A stretch of 64,000 nucleotides of DNA from Prochlorococcus sp. AG-463-P14 (lineage in GTDB: Bacteria; Cyanobacteriota; Cyanobacteriia; PCC-6307; Cyanobiaceae): NCBI GenBank assembly GCA_003209275.1, contig QCRX01000002.1, positions 7,132 to 71,131 of the forward strand, given 5' to 3'. Positions 45,147-55,612 of this stretch are shown here, piece by piece (position 1 is the stretch's first letter; each line of letters opens with the position of its first letter). Made by a program: the position numbers and the translations under genes. The notes beneath the pieces are model-generated. The model searched no databases, was not told the origin of the DNA, and worked only from the letters and a program-made list of their open reading frames with translations.

Positions 45147-46079
45147 CTACGACGTCATTGGCAACCTGATTTTGGTTGCAAGGCCGAGAGCGTTGAGAAG
45201 GCGTATATGTTGCCAGGTTAAGTCTACTTGGCCTTTAAATAGGCCTTGGCGGGCAGAATTTGGGAATGCATGATGGTTGTTGTGCCACCCCTCACCAAAA
45301 GTAAGTGCAGCGACCCAAGCATTATTCCTTGAATTATCCCCACTTTGAAAGGCTACTGTGCCCCAACAATGGGTTGCAGAGTTTACTAACCAAGTCACGT
45401 GGTACACCAAGACCAGTCTCATTGGTATTCCCCATAACACGAGAGCCCAGCCACCTGATCCTGTGAAAGTCCCAATCCAAAACAAAAATGCCCCTAAAGG
45501 TATTTGAAGCAATAGAAAGTTTTTGTTGAGCCAGCGGTAATAGGGGTCTTTCTTGAGGTCCCCACTGAGTCGAGGGACTGCTTTCATTGCAGGTATTGGT
45601 TCAAACATCCATCCCATGTGGCTCCACCAAAAACCTTTGTGACTGTTGTGGTGATCAGCCTCTGTGTCAGAGAAGGCATGGTGATGACGATGTAGTCCTA
45701 CCCAGTCAATAGGTCCGTGTTGGCAGCTCAATGCCCCGCAGGTAGCAAAAAATCGCTCTAACCAATGAGGTACGCCAAATGAACGATGAGAAAGAAGTCT
45801 GTGATAACCAAGCGTGACGCCTAAACAAGCTGTAACCCAATAAAGAATTAAAAGAGTACTTACAGCCTCCAAACTCCAAAATCTTGGAGATAGAGCAAAT
45901 ACAGACAATGCGTGAATTGCGAGCATAAAGCCCATGGTTCCCCATCGGCGCTGCTCTTTTTTGGGAGAAGTTGGTTGTTTGGTTATTTCTTTTTGAAGCT
46001 TGGCTGAAGCGCTTAAAGCTTTCTGCGAGGCCACGGGCCTGCATAGTGGTGCAGTTGCTTCGATCACACTTGAAGCCAT
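45147..46079 (-). CDS. desC: Acyl-lipid Delta9-type fatty acid desaturase (paralog 1)
   Basis: His boxes HRLLSHRSF, HRHHHAFSD, HNNHHAFP. 310 aa. Confidence 0.9.
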   Translation of the reverse strand: MASSVIEATAPLCRPVASQKALSASAKLQKEITKQPTSPKKEQRRWGTMGFMLAIHALSVFALSPRFWSLEAVSTLLILYWVTACLGVTLGYHRLLSHRSFGVPHWLERFFATCGALSCQHGPIDWVGLHRHHHAFSDTEADHHNSHKGFWWSHMGWMFEPIPAMKAVPRLSGDLKKDPYYRWLNKNFLLLQIPLGAFLFWIGTFTGSGGWALVLWGIPMRLVLVYHVTWLVNSATHCWGTVAFQSGDNSRNNAWVAALTFGEGWHNNHHAFPNSARQGLFKGQVDLTWQHIRLLNALGLATKIRLPMTS

Positions 46080-46097
46080 CGGCGATCTGTTTGGTGT

Positions 46098-46886
46098 TTG
46101 ACTAGCTTAGTTGATCAGGATCCAGATCACCTTGGTATTAACGATCTCTACTCTGATTTTGTGAAAAATGGTTACCGCGACCGGCTGTTAGATGGACGGC
46201 GGGCTATGGCCCATCTGATTCATATTTGGCATGAAAGAAATAATTGGTCTCATAAGGTTCTTCCAGCATTTGCTGAATGTTTTGATCTTGGGCGTGTTCA
46301 TAGCTCTCAGATTTCTAATCTTCGTAATGGAAAACTGTCTTCACCGGGGCCTGAAGTTTTCCTTGCACTGGGTCAATCTAATGAGGTCCTTTATCGAGGC
46401 CTTGAGTCAATTAAAGATCGCTTATCGGAGGCTCATCCGGAATTATTGAAAGTGTTAAGTGAATCGTGTTTACCTCTGGAAACTAATGATGGTAAGCCAA
46501 TTGGCTCAGGCGGCTTCTTCGAGATATTTGTTGGATCATTGCCTTTGCCGACTTGTTTTGATTGGTTTATTGAAGAGAATGAAGCAATTGGTCTCAGTGC
46601 TGCTTTAGCGGAATATTTCTGTAATGGCCGCCCATGGCGTCAATGCCGAGAACAAGTTATGAGTGCTTATCCGGTGTCTAAGCCTTTTCGTAGAGAAAGA
46701 TTTGCAGAAGTAATGGCGGGTTTAAGGGATTACACCGTTGAAGAATTAGATGGTGAGTTATTGGAGCTTTATGAAACTTATAAGGCTTTAGATGGCAATG
46801 TTCTTAATGGTGCTGATGGATTCCTTAAAGATCTAAGAGTTCGCGCTTCGCTTGTGAAGGCTCAGGATCGATTGCTCACAAATTGA
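46098..46886 (+). CDS. Hypothetical protein with an XRE-like helix-turn-helix segment
   Basis: 262-aa ORF. Residues NNWSHKVLPAFAECFDLGRVHSSQISNLRNGKLSSPGPEVFLALG resemble a Cro/C1-type HTH. The start is uncertain (TTG 46098 or ATG 46206). Confidence 0.6.
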   Translation: MTSLVDQDPDHLGINDLYSDFVKNGYRDRLLDGRRAMAHLIHIWHERNNWSHKVLPAFAECFDLGRVHSSQISNLRNGKLSSPGPEVFLALGQSNEVLYRGLESIKDRLSEAHPELLKVLSESCLPLETNDGKPIGSGGFFEIFVGSLPLPTCFDWFIEENEAIGLSAALAEYFCNGRPWRQCREQVMSAYPVSKPFRRERFAEVMAGLRDYTVEELDGELLELYETYKALDGNVLNGADGFLKDLRVRASLVKAQDRLLTN

Positions 46887-47782
46887 GCTTGTCGAATTTT
46901 TTTTGCAAGTCCTAAACGTTTTAGGAATTTAATGTGCTGCCATGTGATGTCAAATTCAAACCATCTCAAACCATGACGAGCACTTTGGGGAAATGCATGA
47001 TGATTGTTATGCCAACCTTCCCCAAAACTGAGGATTGCGACCCACCAGCAATTTCTAGATAAGTCTGGGCAGTTGAAGTTTCGATAACCGAAAGTATGTG
47101 TAGCTGAATTAACTAACCATGTCACGTGATAAACCACTACTAAGCGTAAAGGTATTCCCCACAACACTAGGCCGAGTCCCCCTCCATGAACTTGAGCAAT
47201 TTCGCCATAAAAGTAGAGGCCTAAAAATACGGGAATTTGTAATAAAAGAAACCAATGATCTAACCAACAGAAAAATGGATCTGCTAGTAAATCACCTGCG
47301 AGTCCATAGGACTTTCGGAGTACTGGAATCTCATGGAGCATCCACTCACTATGACTCCACCAAAAGCCACGGCCAGCATCATGATGATCCGTTGGTTGAT
47401 CAGAAAATTGGTGGTGATGTCTGTGTAATGCCACCCATTCGATAGGACCGCTTTGGCATGCAAGGGTGCCCATGAGTACAAGAATTTTCTCTACCCATTT
47501 AGGGGCTATAAAGCTCCTGTGTGAAATGAGTCTGTGGAGGCCAAGCGTTACGCCAAGCACTGTTATCCAGTAGAGAATTCCAAAAGCTGCGATTCCTTGC
47601 CAGCTCCAAAATCTTGGTAGCAGTGCAAATGTGGCTGCTACATGCATGATCAACATGAAACTTGTAGTGCCGAATTTGTATTTGCGTTGAGCTGGTTTGA
47701 GAGGATCACGCGGGGCAACAATGCCTGCCCTTAGTCGAAGCTCTCGAGTACTTGATGAAGTTGCAGGAACATTAGAAACCAA
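46862..47782 (-). CDS. desC: Acyl-lipid Delta9-type fatty acid desaturase (paralog 2)
   Basis: His boxes HRLISHRSF, HRHHHQFSD, HNNHHAFP. 306 aa, TTG start. Confidence 0.9.
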   Translation of the reverse strand: MVSNVPATSSSTRELRLRAGIVAPRDPLKPAQRKYKFGTTSFMLIMHVAATFALLPRFWSWQGIAAFGILYWITVLGVTLGLHRLISHRSFIAPKWVEKILVLMGTLACQSGPIEWVALHRHHHQFSDQPTDHHDAGRGFWWSHSEWMLHEIPVLRKSYGLAGDLLADPFFCWLDHWFLLLQIPVFLGLYFYGEIAQVHGGGLGLVLWGIPLRLVVVYHVTWLVNSATHTFGYRNFNCPDLSRNCWWVAILSFGEGWHNNHHAFPQSARHGLRWFEFDITWQHIKFLKRLGLAKKIRQAQFVSNRS

Positions 47783-47899
47783 GATGAACTCCTTAGGTTG
47801 TCGAAGAACGCTCTTTCAAGATGCAATTTGAGTGAATTGGTTGCTAGACCAGTAAAAAGAAAAATCTAAAAGAACTGTAAACCTCGCCCTGGGCTAATT

Positions 47900-49201
47900 G
47901 TGCAGAAATTTAAGCCAGGAATACTTGATGATGAACTAGTTCATAAATGGGCTAGGGAACATGTTGATGGTGTTGCACAAAATTTGAGGTCATTGGCAGA
48001 AGCCAGAACAAATGCAGTTGGTCTTGGTCTTGAGAAGGTTTTAGAGGCTTTTTCAAATGAACGCTTAGGGCCGCAACATTTTGCGTCTGTTACTGGATAT
48101 GGACATGGTGATCAGGGGAGAGAGGTTATAGACAAGATTTTTGCCAGGGTTTTAGGTGCTGAAAAAGCTGCAGTCAGACTTCAGTTTGTCAGTGGAACCC
48201 ATGCTATTTCTTCAGCATTGTTTGGAATATTGAGGCCTGGAGATCGACTTTTATCAGTTACGGGAAGACCTTATGACACCCTAGAAGAAGTCATAGGAGT
48301 AAGGGGTTCTGGCCAAGGCTCTTTACTGGACTTTGGCATCCAATATGAAGAATTGGCTTTAACAACAAGAGGCAGGCTGGATTTTTCTGCGTTGACACAA
48401 GCCTTGAAAGTTCAAAGGCAAATGGTCTTTATTCAGCGCAGTTGTGGTTATTCTTGGAGACCTTCTTTATCTATCGATGAAGTCGAAAAAGTTTGTCAAT
48501 TAATTCATTCCATACAGCCAAAGACCGTATGCTTTGTTGATAATTGTTATGGAGAATTGGTTGAAGATAAAGAACCCTCAGAAGTTGGTGCTGATTTAAT
48601 TGCAGGATCTTTGATTAAAAATCTTGGAGGAACCATAGTTCCCACAGGAGGTTATGTCGCTGGTAAAGCGGACTTGGTTGAGCTGGCGTGCTGCAGGCTT
48701 ACTGCTCCTGGTATTGGTAGTAAGGGAGGTACTGGGTTTGATTTGAATCGATTGGTTGTGCAGGGTTTATTTCTTGCCCCGCAGATGGTTGCAGAGGCTT
48801 TGATTAGTGCTGATCTTGTTTGTGGAGTTTTTCAAGCACTTGGCTTTGCTGTAAATCCAAAACTGGGGGAACGACGGTCTGATTTGATCCAGGCAGTTCG
48901 GCTAGGGGATCCTGAGGCTTTAAAAGTTGTTTGTAAATCTTTTCAATCATCTTCCCCGGTCAGTGCGTATCTCAATCCCATTCCGGCTTCGATGCCTGGT
49001 TATGAAAGTGAGCTAGTTATGGCAGGAGGCACTTTTATTGATGGCAGCACTAGTGAGTTTTCTGCAGATGCTCCGTTGCGTGCTCCATATGACCTTTATG
49101 TGCAAGGAGGCACTCATCGTTCACATATAAAAATGTCTCTTACACGAGCATTAGTTGCTTTAGTGAAAGAAGGATTCTTAGATTCAACTCAAATTGTTTG
49201 A
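47900..49201 (+). CDS. PLP-dependent methionine gamma-lyase family protein (aluminium-resistance / YnbB-like)
   Basis: 433 aa with VTGYGHGDQGRE, DNCYGELVE, GSLIKNLGG. GTG start. Confidence 0.8.
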   Translation: MQKFKPGILDDELVHKWAREHVDGVAQNLRSLAEARTNAVGLGLEKVLEAFSNERLGPQHFASVTGYGHGDQGREVIDKIFARVLGAEKAAVRLQFVSGTHAISSALFGILRPGDRLLSVTGRPYDTLEEVIGVRGSGQGSLLDFGIQYEELALTTRGRLDFSALTQALKVQRQMVFIQRSCGYSWRPSLSIDEVEKVCQLIHSIQPKTVCFVDNCYGELVEDKEPSEVGADLIAGSLIKNLGGTIVPTGGYVAGKADLVELACCRLTAPGIGSKGGTGFDLNRLVVQGLFLAPQMVAEALISADLVCGVFQALGFAVNPKLGERRSDLIQAVRLGDPEALKVVCKSFQSSSPVSAYLNPIPASMPGYESELVMAGGTFIDGSTSEFSADAPLRAPYDLYVQGGTHRSHIKMSLTRALVALVKEGFLDSTQIV

Positions 49202-49221
49202 GCTTGTTTGGCTCATTTCTG

Positions 49222-49611
49222 ATGGATTTTAATTTTCCAGAAAAACATCGCTTTGCGGATAGCCATGAGTACGCACTCCTAGAAGGAGAGTTAGTGCGTG
49301 TGGGTATCAGCGCATTTGCAGTTGATCAGTTGGGTGACATTGTCTTTGTTGACCTGCCTGAGGTTGGGACTGCATTAGATCGGGGGAAGGCCTTCGGTTC
49401 AGTTGAATCAGTTAAGGCTGTTGAGGACATGTATTCTCCGATCAGTGGAGAGGTGGTTCAGCGCAATGAGTCAGTGCTTGCCGATCCTGAAGAGTTGCAA
49501 AATGATCCTCATGGAGAAGGTTGGCTCCTTATTGTTCGCCCTAGCTCCCTGAATGATTTAGAGGTACTTATGGACGCTGATTCATATACGAAGAAAATTG
49601 CCTCTATGTGA
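49222..49611 (+). CDS. gcvH: Glycine cleavage system H protein
   Basis: MDFNFPEKHRFADSHEY... with the lipoyl-lysine motif VESVKAVEDMYSPISGEV. The track ORF start (TTG 49198) is probably an upstream artefact. Confidence 0.95.
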   Translation: MDFNFPEKHRFADSHEYALLEGELVRVGISAFAVDQLGDIVFVDLPEVGTALDRGKAFGSVESVKAVEDMYSPISGEVVQRNESVLADPEELQNDPHGEGWLLIVRPSSLNDLEVLMDADSYTKKIASM

Positions 49612-49691
49612 TTTCACACAAGACGTTTAGCAATCGACACCTTTCGGAAAGTTTTTTCTAACCTTGCAACCATCTTTGAGATCTTTTAAAA

Positions 49692-52610
49692 GTGCTTGAA
49701 CAGAAGTCAATAGAGCCTTCAAGCATTAAACCCTTATCTTTTTTGTCGCGACATCTTGGCCCTAATTCCAAGAGCCAAGAACATATGTTGAAGGCAATTG
49801 GGTACTCTGATTTGGAGAATTTTGTTGAGGCCGTAGTTCCCTTAGATATTCTTGATAGGTGTGCAGTAGGGCCTTCTCTCTCTGAAGGATGTGATGAGGT
49901 TGCGGCTCTTGAGGAACTTTTTGCAATTGCGTCTAAGAATGCGATTAAACGTTCGTTGATTGGTCTTGGTTATCACGGCACAGCAATGCCGGCTTTGATT
50001 CAGCGATATGTTTTTGAAAATCCCGCTTGGTATACCGCATATACGCCTTATCAGGCTGAAATTTCTCAAGGAAGACTAGAAGCTCTGTTTAATTTTCAGA
50101 CTTTGATTAGCGAGTTAACTGGATTGCCAATCTCGAATGCTTCTTTGTTGGATGAGGCGACTGCCGCTGCTGAGGCGATGAGTTTGAGCTTTTCTGTCAG
50201 TAAGCGTTCTGAAGCAAATCGTTTTGTTGTTGATGAAGATATTCTTCCGCAAACTCTTGAGGTTCTTAGAACTCGTGCTGAACCATTAGGCATCATTTTG
50301 GAGGTTTCAGAACCAACAGATTTCGATTTAGATGAAAATGTTTTTGGTGTGCTTTTGCAATTGCCTGGTCGGAGTGGAAGGCTTTGGGATCCCTCAAAAA
50401 TTATTGCTTCGTCTCATGAAGTGGATGCATTAGTTACTGTTGCAGTTGATCCTTTGGCGCAGGTTTTACTTGCTCCTGTTGGGGATCTTGGAGCAGATAT
50501 TGCTGTTGGTAGCGCACAACGCTTTGGAGTTCCAATGGGCTTTGGGGGTCCACATGCTGCATTCTTTGCGACCCGGGAAGCGTTCAAGCGTCTTGTCCCA
50601 GGGCGGTTAGTAGGGCAATCAATTGATGCAGAAGGAAAGCCAGCACTTCGCTTAGCTTTGCAGACGAGAGAGCAACATATTCGTAGAGATAAGGCAACTA
50701 GCAATATTTGCACTGCTCAGGTTCTCTTGGCAGAGATAGCTTCGTTTTATGCCTTACACCATGGATCTGATGGCTTAGAAGATATTGCATATCGGGTTCT
50801 TAGTTTTCGTACTCACCTTGAGAAGCTGTTAATTGAGCTTGGTTATTTAATTCAACCAATGACTCGCTTTGACACTATTGAAGTCGAGTGTCCTGAAGCT
50901 TTGGAAGTCCATAAATTGGCGGAGTCAGAAGGCTTTAATTTACGAGTCCTTCCTTTAGGCGTGCCATTAGAAAGAGCAAAAGGATTTGGAATCACTCTTG
51001 ATGAGCTAACTACGGAGGCAGAGCTTCATTCGCTTCATTTAATTCTTGCAAAAGCAATAGGAAAGTCTTCGCAGAGCCTGGATAGTTTCAGTTTAAAACT
51101 TGAGGATTTGCTTCCTGATGTGCCTTTAAGAAGACGCAAATGGTTATCTCAACCTGTTTTTAATAGTTATCGCAGCGAGACTGAGTTGCTTCGTTATATT
51201 CACCGTCTTGCTAACAAGGATTTTTCATTGTTGCACGGAATGATTCCGTTAGGAAGTTGCACAATGAAGTTGAACGCAGCGTCTGAACTTCTCTCAGTTG
51301 GATGGAGAGAGTTTTCTTCTCTTCACCCTTTTACCCCTTTAAAGCAAATTTCTGGATACAAGCATTTGATTAGAGATTTAGAAACATGGCTTGCAGATAT
51401 TACAGGATTTTCTGGTGTTTCATTGCAGCCAAATGCTGGTTCGCAAGGGGAGTTTGCTGGGCTTCTAGTAATTCGTGCATGGCATCAATCTTGTGGGCAA
51501 GGGCATAGGAATGTTTGCCTGATTCCACAAAGCGCTCATGGAACAAATCCTGCAAGTGCTGTTATGGCTGGCATGCGTGCAGTGCCTATTTCTTGTGATC
51601 AAGATGGAAATATAGATCTAGAGGATCTTGCCAATAAAGCAAAAAATAATGCTTCAGAATTAGCGGCAATCATGGTTACTTATCCTTCTACCCATGGAGT
51701 TTTTGAGCCGAAGATTCGTGAGATATGTGAATTGATTCATCAATATGGAGGACAAGTTTATCTTGACGGCGCCAATTTGAATGCACAAGTTGGCCTTTGT
51801 AGACCAGGTTCTTATGGTGCTGACGTTTGTCATCTCAACTTGCATAAAACATTTTGCATTCCACATGGTGGGGGTGGCCCTGGAGTTGGCCCCATAGCAG
51901 TTGCATCACATTTGGTGCCTTATTTACCTGGACATTCTTTAGATAATTCTAGAGGGGACAAGGCAATTGGTGCAGTTTCTGCAGCCCCTTATGGAAGTGC
52001 AGGAATTTTGCCAATTACTTGGATGTATTTGCGAATGATGGGATTACAAGGTTTGCGTCAAGCGAGTTCAGTAGCACTTCTTTCAGCTAATTATCTTGCT
52101 CATCGACTTGATCCTTACTTCCCAGTACTTTTTAAAGGGCGAAATGGTCTTGTGGCCCATGAGTGCATTTTGGATTTGCGGCCGTTAAAACGTTCTACTG
52201 GTATTGAAGTTGATGATATTGCAAAGCGATTAATGGATTATGGCTTTCATGCTCCAACTGTTAGTTGGCCTGTCCCAGGAACATTGATGGTTGAACCAAC
52301 TGAAAGCGAAAGCCTTGAGGAGTTAAATCGTTTTTGCGATGCAATGATTGCTATCAGGGGAGAAGTAGAGGCTATCGAACAAGGACTTAGCGACCGAGAA
52401 CTTAACCCTCTTCGACTTGCACCACATACGTTGTCGTCAGTTACTGCGGAAAATTGGGATCGTCCTTATAGCCGCAATCAAGCGGCTTTTCCGTTACTTA
52501 ATCAGCAAAATAATAAGTTCTGGCCTGCTGTTTCCCGCATAGACAATGTTCATGGAGATCGCAATTTGGTTTGTACTTGCTCTACGTATGAGGGGTTTTT
52601 AGAGCAATAG
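49692..52610 (+). CDS. gcvP: Glycine dehydrogenase (decarboxylating), P protein
   Basis: 972 aa with the PLP-lysine region [21 protein letters not shown] start. Confidence 0.97.
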   Translation: MLEQKSIEPSSIKPLSFLSRHLGPNSKSQEHMLKAIGYSDLENFVEAVVPLDILDRCAVGPSLSEGCDEVAALEELFAIASKNAIKRSLIGLGYHGTAMPALIQRYVFENPAWYTAYTPYQAEISQGRLEALFNFQTLISELTGLPISNASLLDEATAAAEAMSLSFSVSKRSEANRFVVDEDILPQTLEVLRTRAEPLGIILEVSEPTDFDLDENVFGVLLQLPGRSGRLWDPSKIIASSHEVDALVTVAVDPLAQVLLAPVGDLGADIAVGSAQRFGVPMGFGGPHAAFFATREAFKRLVPGRLVGQSIDAEGKPALRLALQTREQHIRRDKATSNICTAQVLLAEIASFYALHHGSDGLEDIAYRVLSFRTHLEKLLIELGYLIQPMTRFDTIEVECPEALEVHKLAESEGFNLRVLPLGVPLERAKGFGITLDELTTEAELHSLHLILAKAIGKSSQSLDSFSLKLEDLLPDVPLRRRKWLSQPVFNSYRSETELLRYIHRLANKDFSLLHGMIPLGSCTMKLNAASELLSVGWREFSSLHPFTPLKQISGYKHLIRDLETWLADITGFSGVSLQPNAGSQGEFAGLLVIRAWHQSCGQGHRNVCLIPQSAHGTNPASAVMAGMRAVPISCDQDGNIDLEDLANKAKNNASELAAIMVTYPSTHGVFEPKIREICELIHQYGGQVYLDGANLNAQVGLCRPGSYGADVCHLNLHKTFCIPHGGGGPGVGPIAVASHLVPYLPGHSLDNSRGDKAIGAVSAAPYGSAGILPITWMYLRMMGLQGLRQASSVALLSANYLAHRLDPYFPVLFKGRNGLVAHECILDLRPLKRSTGIEVDDIAKRLMDYGFHAPTVSWPVPGTLMVEPTESESLEELNRFCDAMIAIRGEVEAIEQGLSDRELNPLRLAPHTLSSVTAENWDRPYSRNQAAFPLLNQQNNKFWPAVSRIDNVHGDRNLVCTCSTYEGFLEQ

Positions 52611-52750
52611 TTTGCCGCTCAGCTCTGGCCTAAATGGCTTTTAAGAGTTAAATTTTCATCGAAAACCGAATTTTTTGGTTTTAATCAGCTGCTTTTTCCA
52701 GAGTTTTACCTATTCTGTACGGCAGCGGTTCTCATTGCTGGGGGGACAGC

Positions 52751-53011
52751 ATGCGTAGAGACACCACTATTAATCAACCAATACCACTGCAAACAAAGAA
52801 AAAACCAAATTTGCCTTCTATTCCAGAAGGTCTTGAATCTGTATTAAGCAGTGGAAGGTCCATACAGGTTGATGGCACTAACGTTGTGCGTGTGCCATTT
52901 GGCATTCGTCAACCTCGCAGAAAGCGTCCTGATAGACCAGATAGATGGGCGACTTTAGTTTTACCTTTTCAACCTTTGGGTTCACCCCCAACGCCACCCC
53001 AAGCAGCTTGA
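52751..53011 (+). CDS. Small basic proline-rich hypothetical protein (86 aa)
   Basis: ATG preceded by GGGGGG. Its stop codon lies inside a strong terminator hairpin. Confidence 0.5.
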   Translation: MRRDTTINQPIPLQTKKKPNLPSIPEGLESVLSSGRSIQVDGTNVVRVPFGIRQPRRKRPDRPDRWATLVLPFQPLGSPPTPPQAA

Positions 53012-53033
53012 TCCCATTAAGCTGCTTTTTTTA
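53001..53033 (+). terminator. Rho-independent terminator hairpin for the 86-aa gene; the stop codons of both convergent genes lie inside it
   Basis: AAGCAGCTT-gatcccatt-AAGCTGCTT gives a 9-bp perfect stem (4 GC pairs) followed by TTTTT. The TGA of the plus gene (53009-53011) and the TAA of sqdX (53019-53017) are both inside it. Confidence 0.65.
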
Positions 53034-54162
53034 TGGCTTCTTCGAGTACGCCGCGATAATAATTTCTTAGCTGTTCAGTGGCACTTTCCCAGCCCCAGCG
53101 CTCTGCTTCTTCTCTAGCAGAATTACGCATGGATTGGCGCTCTAGATCATTACCTAAGATTTTTTGAGTTGCTTGAATAAGGCTGGCTGAGCCTTGGTCG
53201 CTGCCGTCAGGATCGTACAAACATCCATTTCTTCCATGAGAAATAATGTCTGGGATCCCACCCCTGTTTGCACCTACCACAGGACATCCTGCAGCCATAG
53301 CTTCTAAAAGCACTAGGCCAAGAGTTTCTGTGCTGGAAGGAAAGAGGAAAGCATCTCCGCTTGCATAGGCACTGGCCAGTTCTTCGCCTCCTAAGTAACC
53401 GACAAATGTAGTAGCTGTATTTTCAAAAATTTTTTCAAGCTGTTGTCGGTGTGGTCCATCACCAACTAACGCCAGGCGACTTTCTGGTATCGCATCTAGT
53501 ACTGGCTTTATTCGTTCAATCTGTTTTTCTGCTGAGAGCCTTCCTACATAAATAAGTAGCGCCCCTTGGTCATCATGTTCTCCTAGTAGTCTCCGTCGCA
53601 TTGAATCACTGCGGAGTTCAGGACGGAAGGTATCAGTGTCCACTCCTCTTTGCCAAAGGGCGGTATTTTGAATCCCTTTTTCGCTGAGTTCACTAACCAT
53701 TGCGGTGGAGGTACACAGATTGAGTACCGCTTGATTGTGAGCTGCTTTGAGAAGTTCCCAAAGAAGTGGTTCAAGCATGCCCATCCCGTAATGTTCAAGA
53801 TATTTCGGCAGATGAGTGTGGTAGCTGGCGATTAATGGAATGGTATTTGTTTTTGCAAGCCAGATTCCACCCAGGCCTAGCACCGCAGGATTTACTACGT
53901 GAACAAGATCTGGCTCAAAACTTTCTAATGCTTCTGATACCGCTGGGCCTGGGAGCCCTAGTTTTAGCTCTGGATAGAGAGGTAGTGGCATTGCAGGGAC
54001 CCCTATGACTTTTGCTCCCATGTAATGGCTTGGGCCGCCTTCAGGGCAGAAAACAACTACTTCATCCCCAGCTTTAATTAAGTGCTGAACAGTTTTTGTG
54101 AGTCGAGTAACGATCCCATCAACTTTTGGAAGAAAAGTCTCGGTAAAGAAAGCTATTTTCAC
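53017..54162 (-). CDS. sqdX: Sulfoquinovosyl diacylglycerol synthase (GT4 glycosyltransferase)
   Basis: 381 aa GT4 (MKIAFFTETFLPKVDGIV ... FPSSTETLGLVLLEAMAAGCPVV), located directly downstream of sqdB. Confidence 0.85.
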   Translation of the reverse strand: MKIAFFTETFLPKVDGIVTRLTKTVQHLIKAGDEVVVFCPEGGPSHYMGAKVIGVPAMPLPLYPELKLGLPGPAVSEALESFEPDLVHVVNPAVLGLGGIWLAKTNTIPLIASYHTHLPKYLEHYGMGMLEPLLWELLKAAHNQAVLNLCTSTAMVSELSEKGIQNTALWQRGVDTDTFRPELRSDSMRRRLLGEHDDQGALLIYVGRLSAEKQIERIKPVLDAIPESRLALVGDGPHRQQLEKIFENTATTFVGYLGGEELASAYASGDAFLFPSSTETLGLVLLEAMAAGCPVVGANRGGIPDIISHGRNGCLYDPDGSDQGSASLIQATQKILGNDLERQSMRNSAREEAERWGWESATEQLRNYYRGVLEEAIKKAA

Positions 54163-54193
54163 TTCTTTGTTTGTTTTTTAGAGCAACACCTGG

Positions 54194-55387
54194 TCATGGC
54201 GTTTTAATTGCTTGCGCTTGTGTTGAAGTCCATGCCGAAATGCAAGGAATTCGTTTCCGATCACACCTATCGGAATAGCGACGTGCAACATCAACAACTT
54301 CTGCAAGAAGTCCATCATCCAGGGTGGTTGGATTGAGTCCTAATTCAATAAAGCAGCGATTATCAACAATTAGGTCATTTTCTACTGCTTCATTTCTTGG
54401 ATTGGGTAAGTAATTGATTTCGGCACCAGTTAGTGCTGCAACTTTTTTAGCTAATTCACCAACTTGGTGACTTTCGGTCATCTGGTTGAAAATCTTTACT
54501 CTTTCTCCTCTGTTGGGAGGGTTTTCAAGAGCTAGCTGAACGCAACGTACCGAGTCGCGAATATGAATAAATGCTCGTGTTTGTCCTCCTGTTCCATGAA
54601 CTGTTAAGGGATATCCAATAGCTGCTTGCATTAGGAACCTGTTTAAAACTGTTCCATAGTCTCCGTCGTAATCAAACCGATTGGTCAAGCGTTGGTCTTT
54701 GCTGGTTGCTTCCGTGTTTGTTCCCCAAACGATTCCTTGATGGAGGTCTGTTATTCGAATGTTGTCATTTTTGTTGTAATACAAGAAAAGCAATTGATCG
54801 AGCGTTTTGGTCATGTGATAGACGCTTCCTGGACTTGCAGGATGAAGAATTTCTTCTTCAAAGCGACTTCCGTCTGGTTGAGGGACTTCGACTTTTAGAT
54901 ATCCCTCTGGAATAGTTGCACCACGATGTGAACCATATCCATACACTCCCATGGTTCCGAGGTGAACGATATGGATATCTAGACCACTTTCAACAATTGC
55001 TGCTAAGAGGTTGTGCGTTCCATTCACATTGTTGTCAACTGTGTACCTCTTAGTGGAGCTGCTCTTCATCGAGTAGGGCGCAGCTCGTTGTTCAGCAAAA
55101 TGAATTATGGAATCAGGTTTTTCTTCTAGAAGGAGGTCAAGTAGACATTGATATTGGTGTGCGATGTCCATATTGATGAAACGCATCGGAGTGCCACCGG
55201 TCTCCTCCCATGCTTTAAGACGATCACCAATGCTCGAAATTGGAGTCAGAGACTCAACTTCGAGATCAATATCTATTTTGCGGCGGCTCAGATCGTCGAC
55301 GATTACAACGTCGTGGCCTTGGTCGGCCAAGTTAACGGCACAAGGCCATCCACAGAATCCATCACCACCGAGAACTAGAACTTTCAC
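54194..55387 (-). CDS. sqdB: UDP-sulfoquinovose synthase
   Basis: MKVLVLGGDGFCGWP, SDR-fold YHMTK catalytic motif, 397 aa. Confidence 0.95.
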   Translation of the reverse strand: MKVLVLGGDGFCGWPCAVNLADQGHDVVIVDDLSRRKIDIDLEVESLTPISSIGDRLKAWEETGGTPMRFINMDIAHQYQCLLDLLLEEKPDSIIHFAEQRAAPYSMKSSSTKRYTVDNNVNGTHNLLAAIVESGLDIHIVHLGTMGVYGYGSHRGATIPEGYLKVEVPQPDGSRFEEEILHPASPGSVYHMTKTLDQLLFLYYNKNDNIRITDLHQGIVWGTNTEATSKDQRLTNRFDYDGDYGTVLNRFLMQAAIGYPLTVHGTGGQTRAFIHIRDSVRCVQLALENPPNRGERVKIFNQMTESHQVGELAKKVAALTGAEINYLPNPRNEAVENDLIVDNRCFIELGLNPTTLDDGLLAEVVDVARRYSDRCDRKRIPCISAWTSTQAQAIKTP

Positions 55388-55444
55388 CCCAAACTCCTGC
55401 AGGAAAGAGCAATTCGCTCAGTTATGCAAGCTACTACAGGGTTT

Positions 55445-55612
55445 TCAGCTAATGGTCACAGTTAAGGCAATTAAGCCGCCCACAAGTAGTGCTCCACCAA
55501 TCAGAATAATGCGAGAAACGTTGTTCTGTTGAGTCTCGTTGTCAATTACTTCAATTTTGGGTTCTTTCGCAAAGGCATTTAGCCGACCACCATCTTCTTC
55601 AATAATCGGCAT
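55445..55612 (-). CDS. Small single-pass membrane protein, 55 aa (below the ORF-track cutoff)
   Basis: My own translation: MPIIEEDGGRLNAFAKEPKIEVIDNETQQNNVSRIILIGGALLVGGLIALTVTIS. The N-terminus is acidic and one C-terminal TM helix is present. It fills most of the thiG-sqdB gap. Confidence 0.55.
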   Translation of the reverse strand: MPIIEEDGGRLNAFAKEPKIEVIDNETQQNNVSRIILIGGALLVGGLIALTVTIS

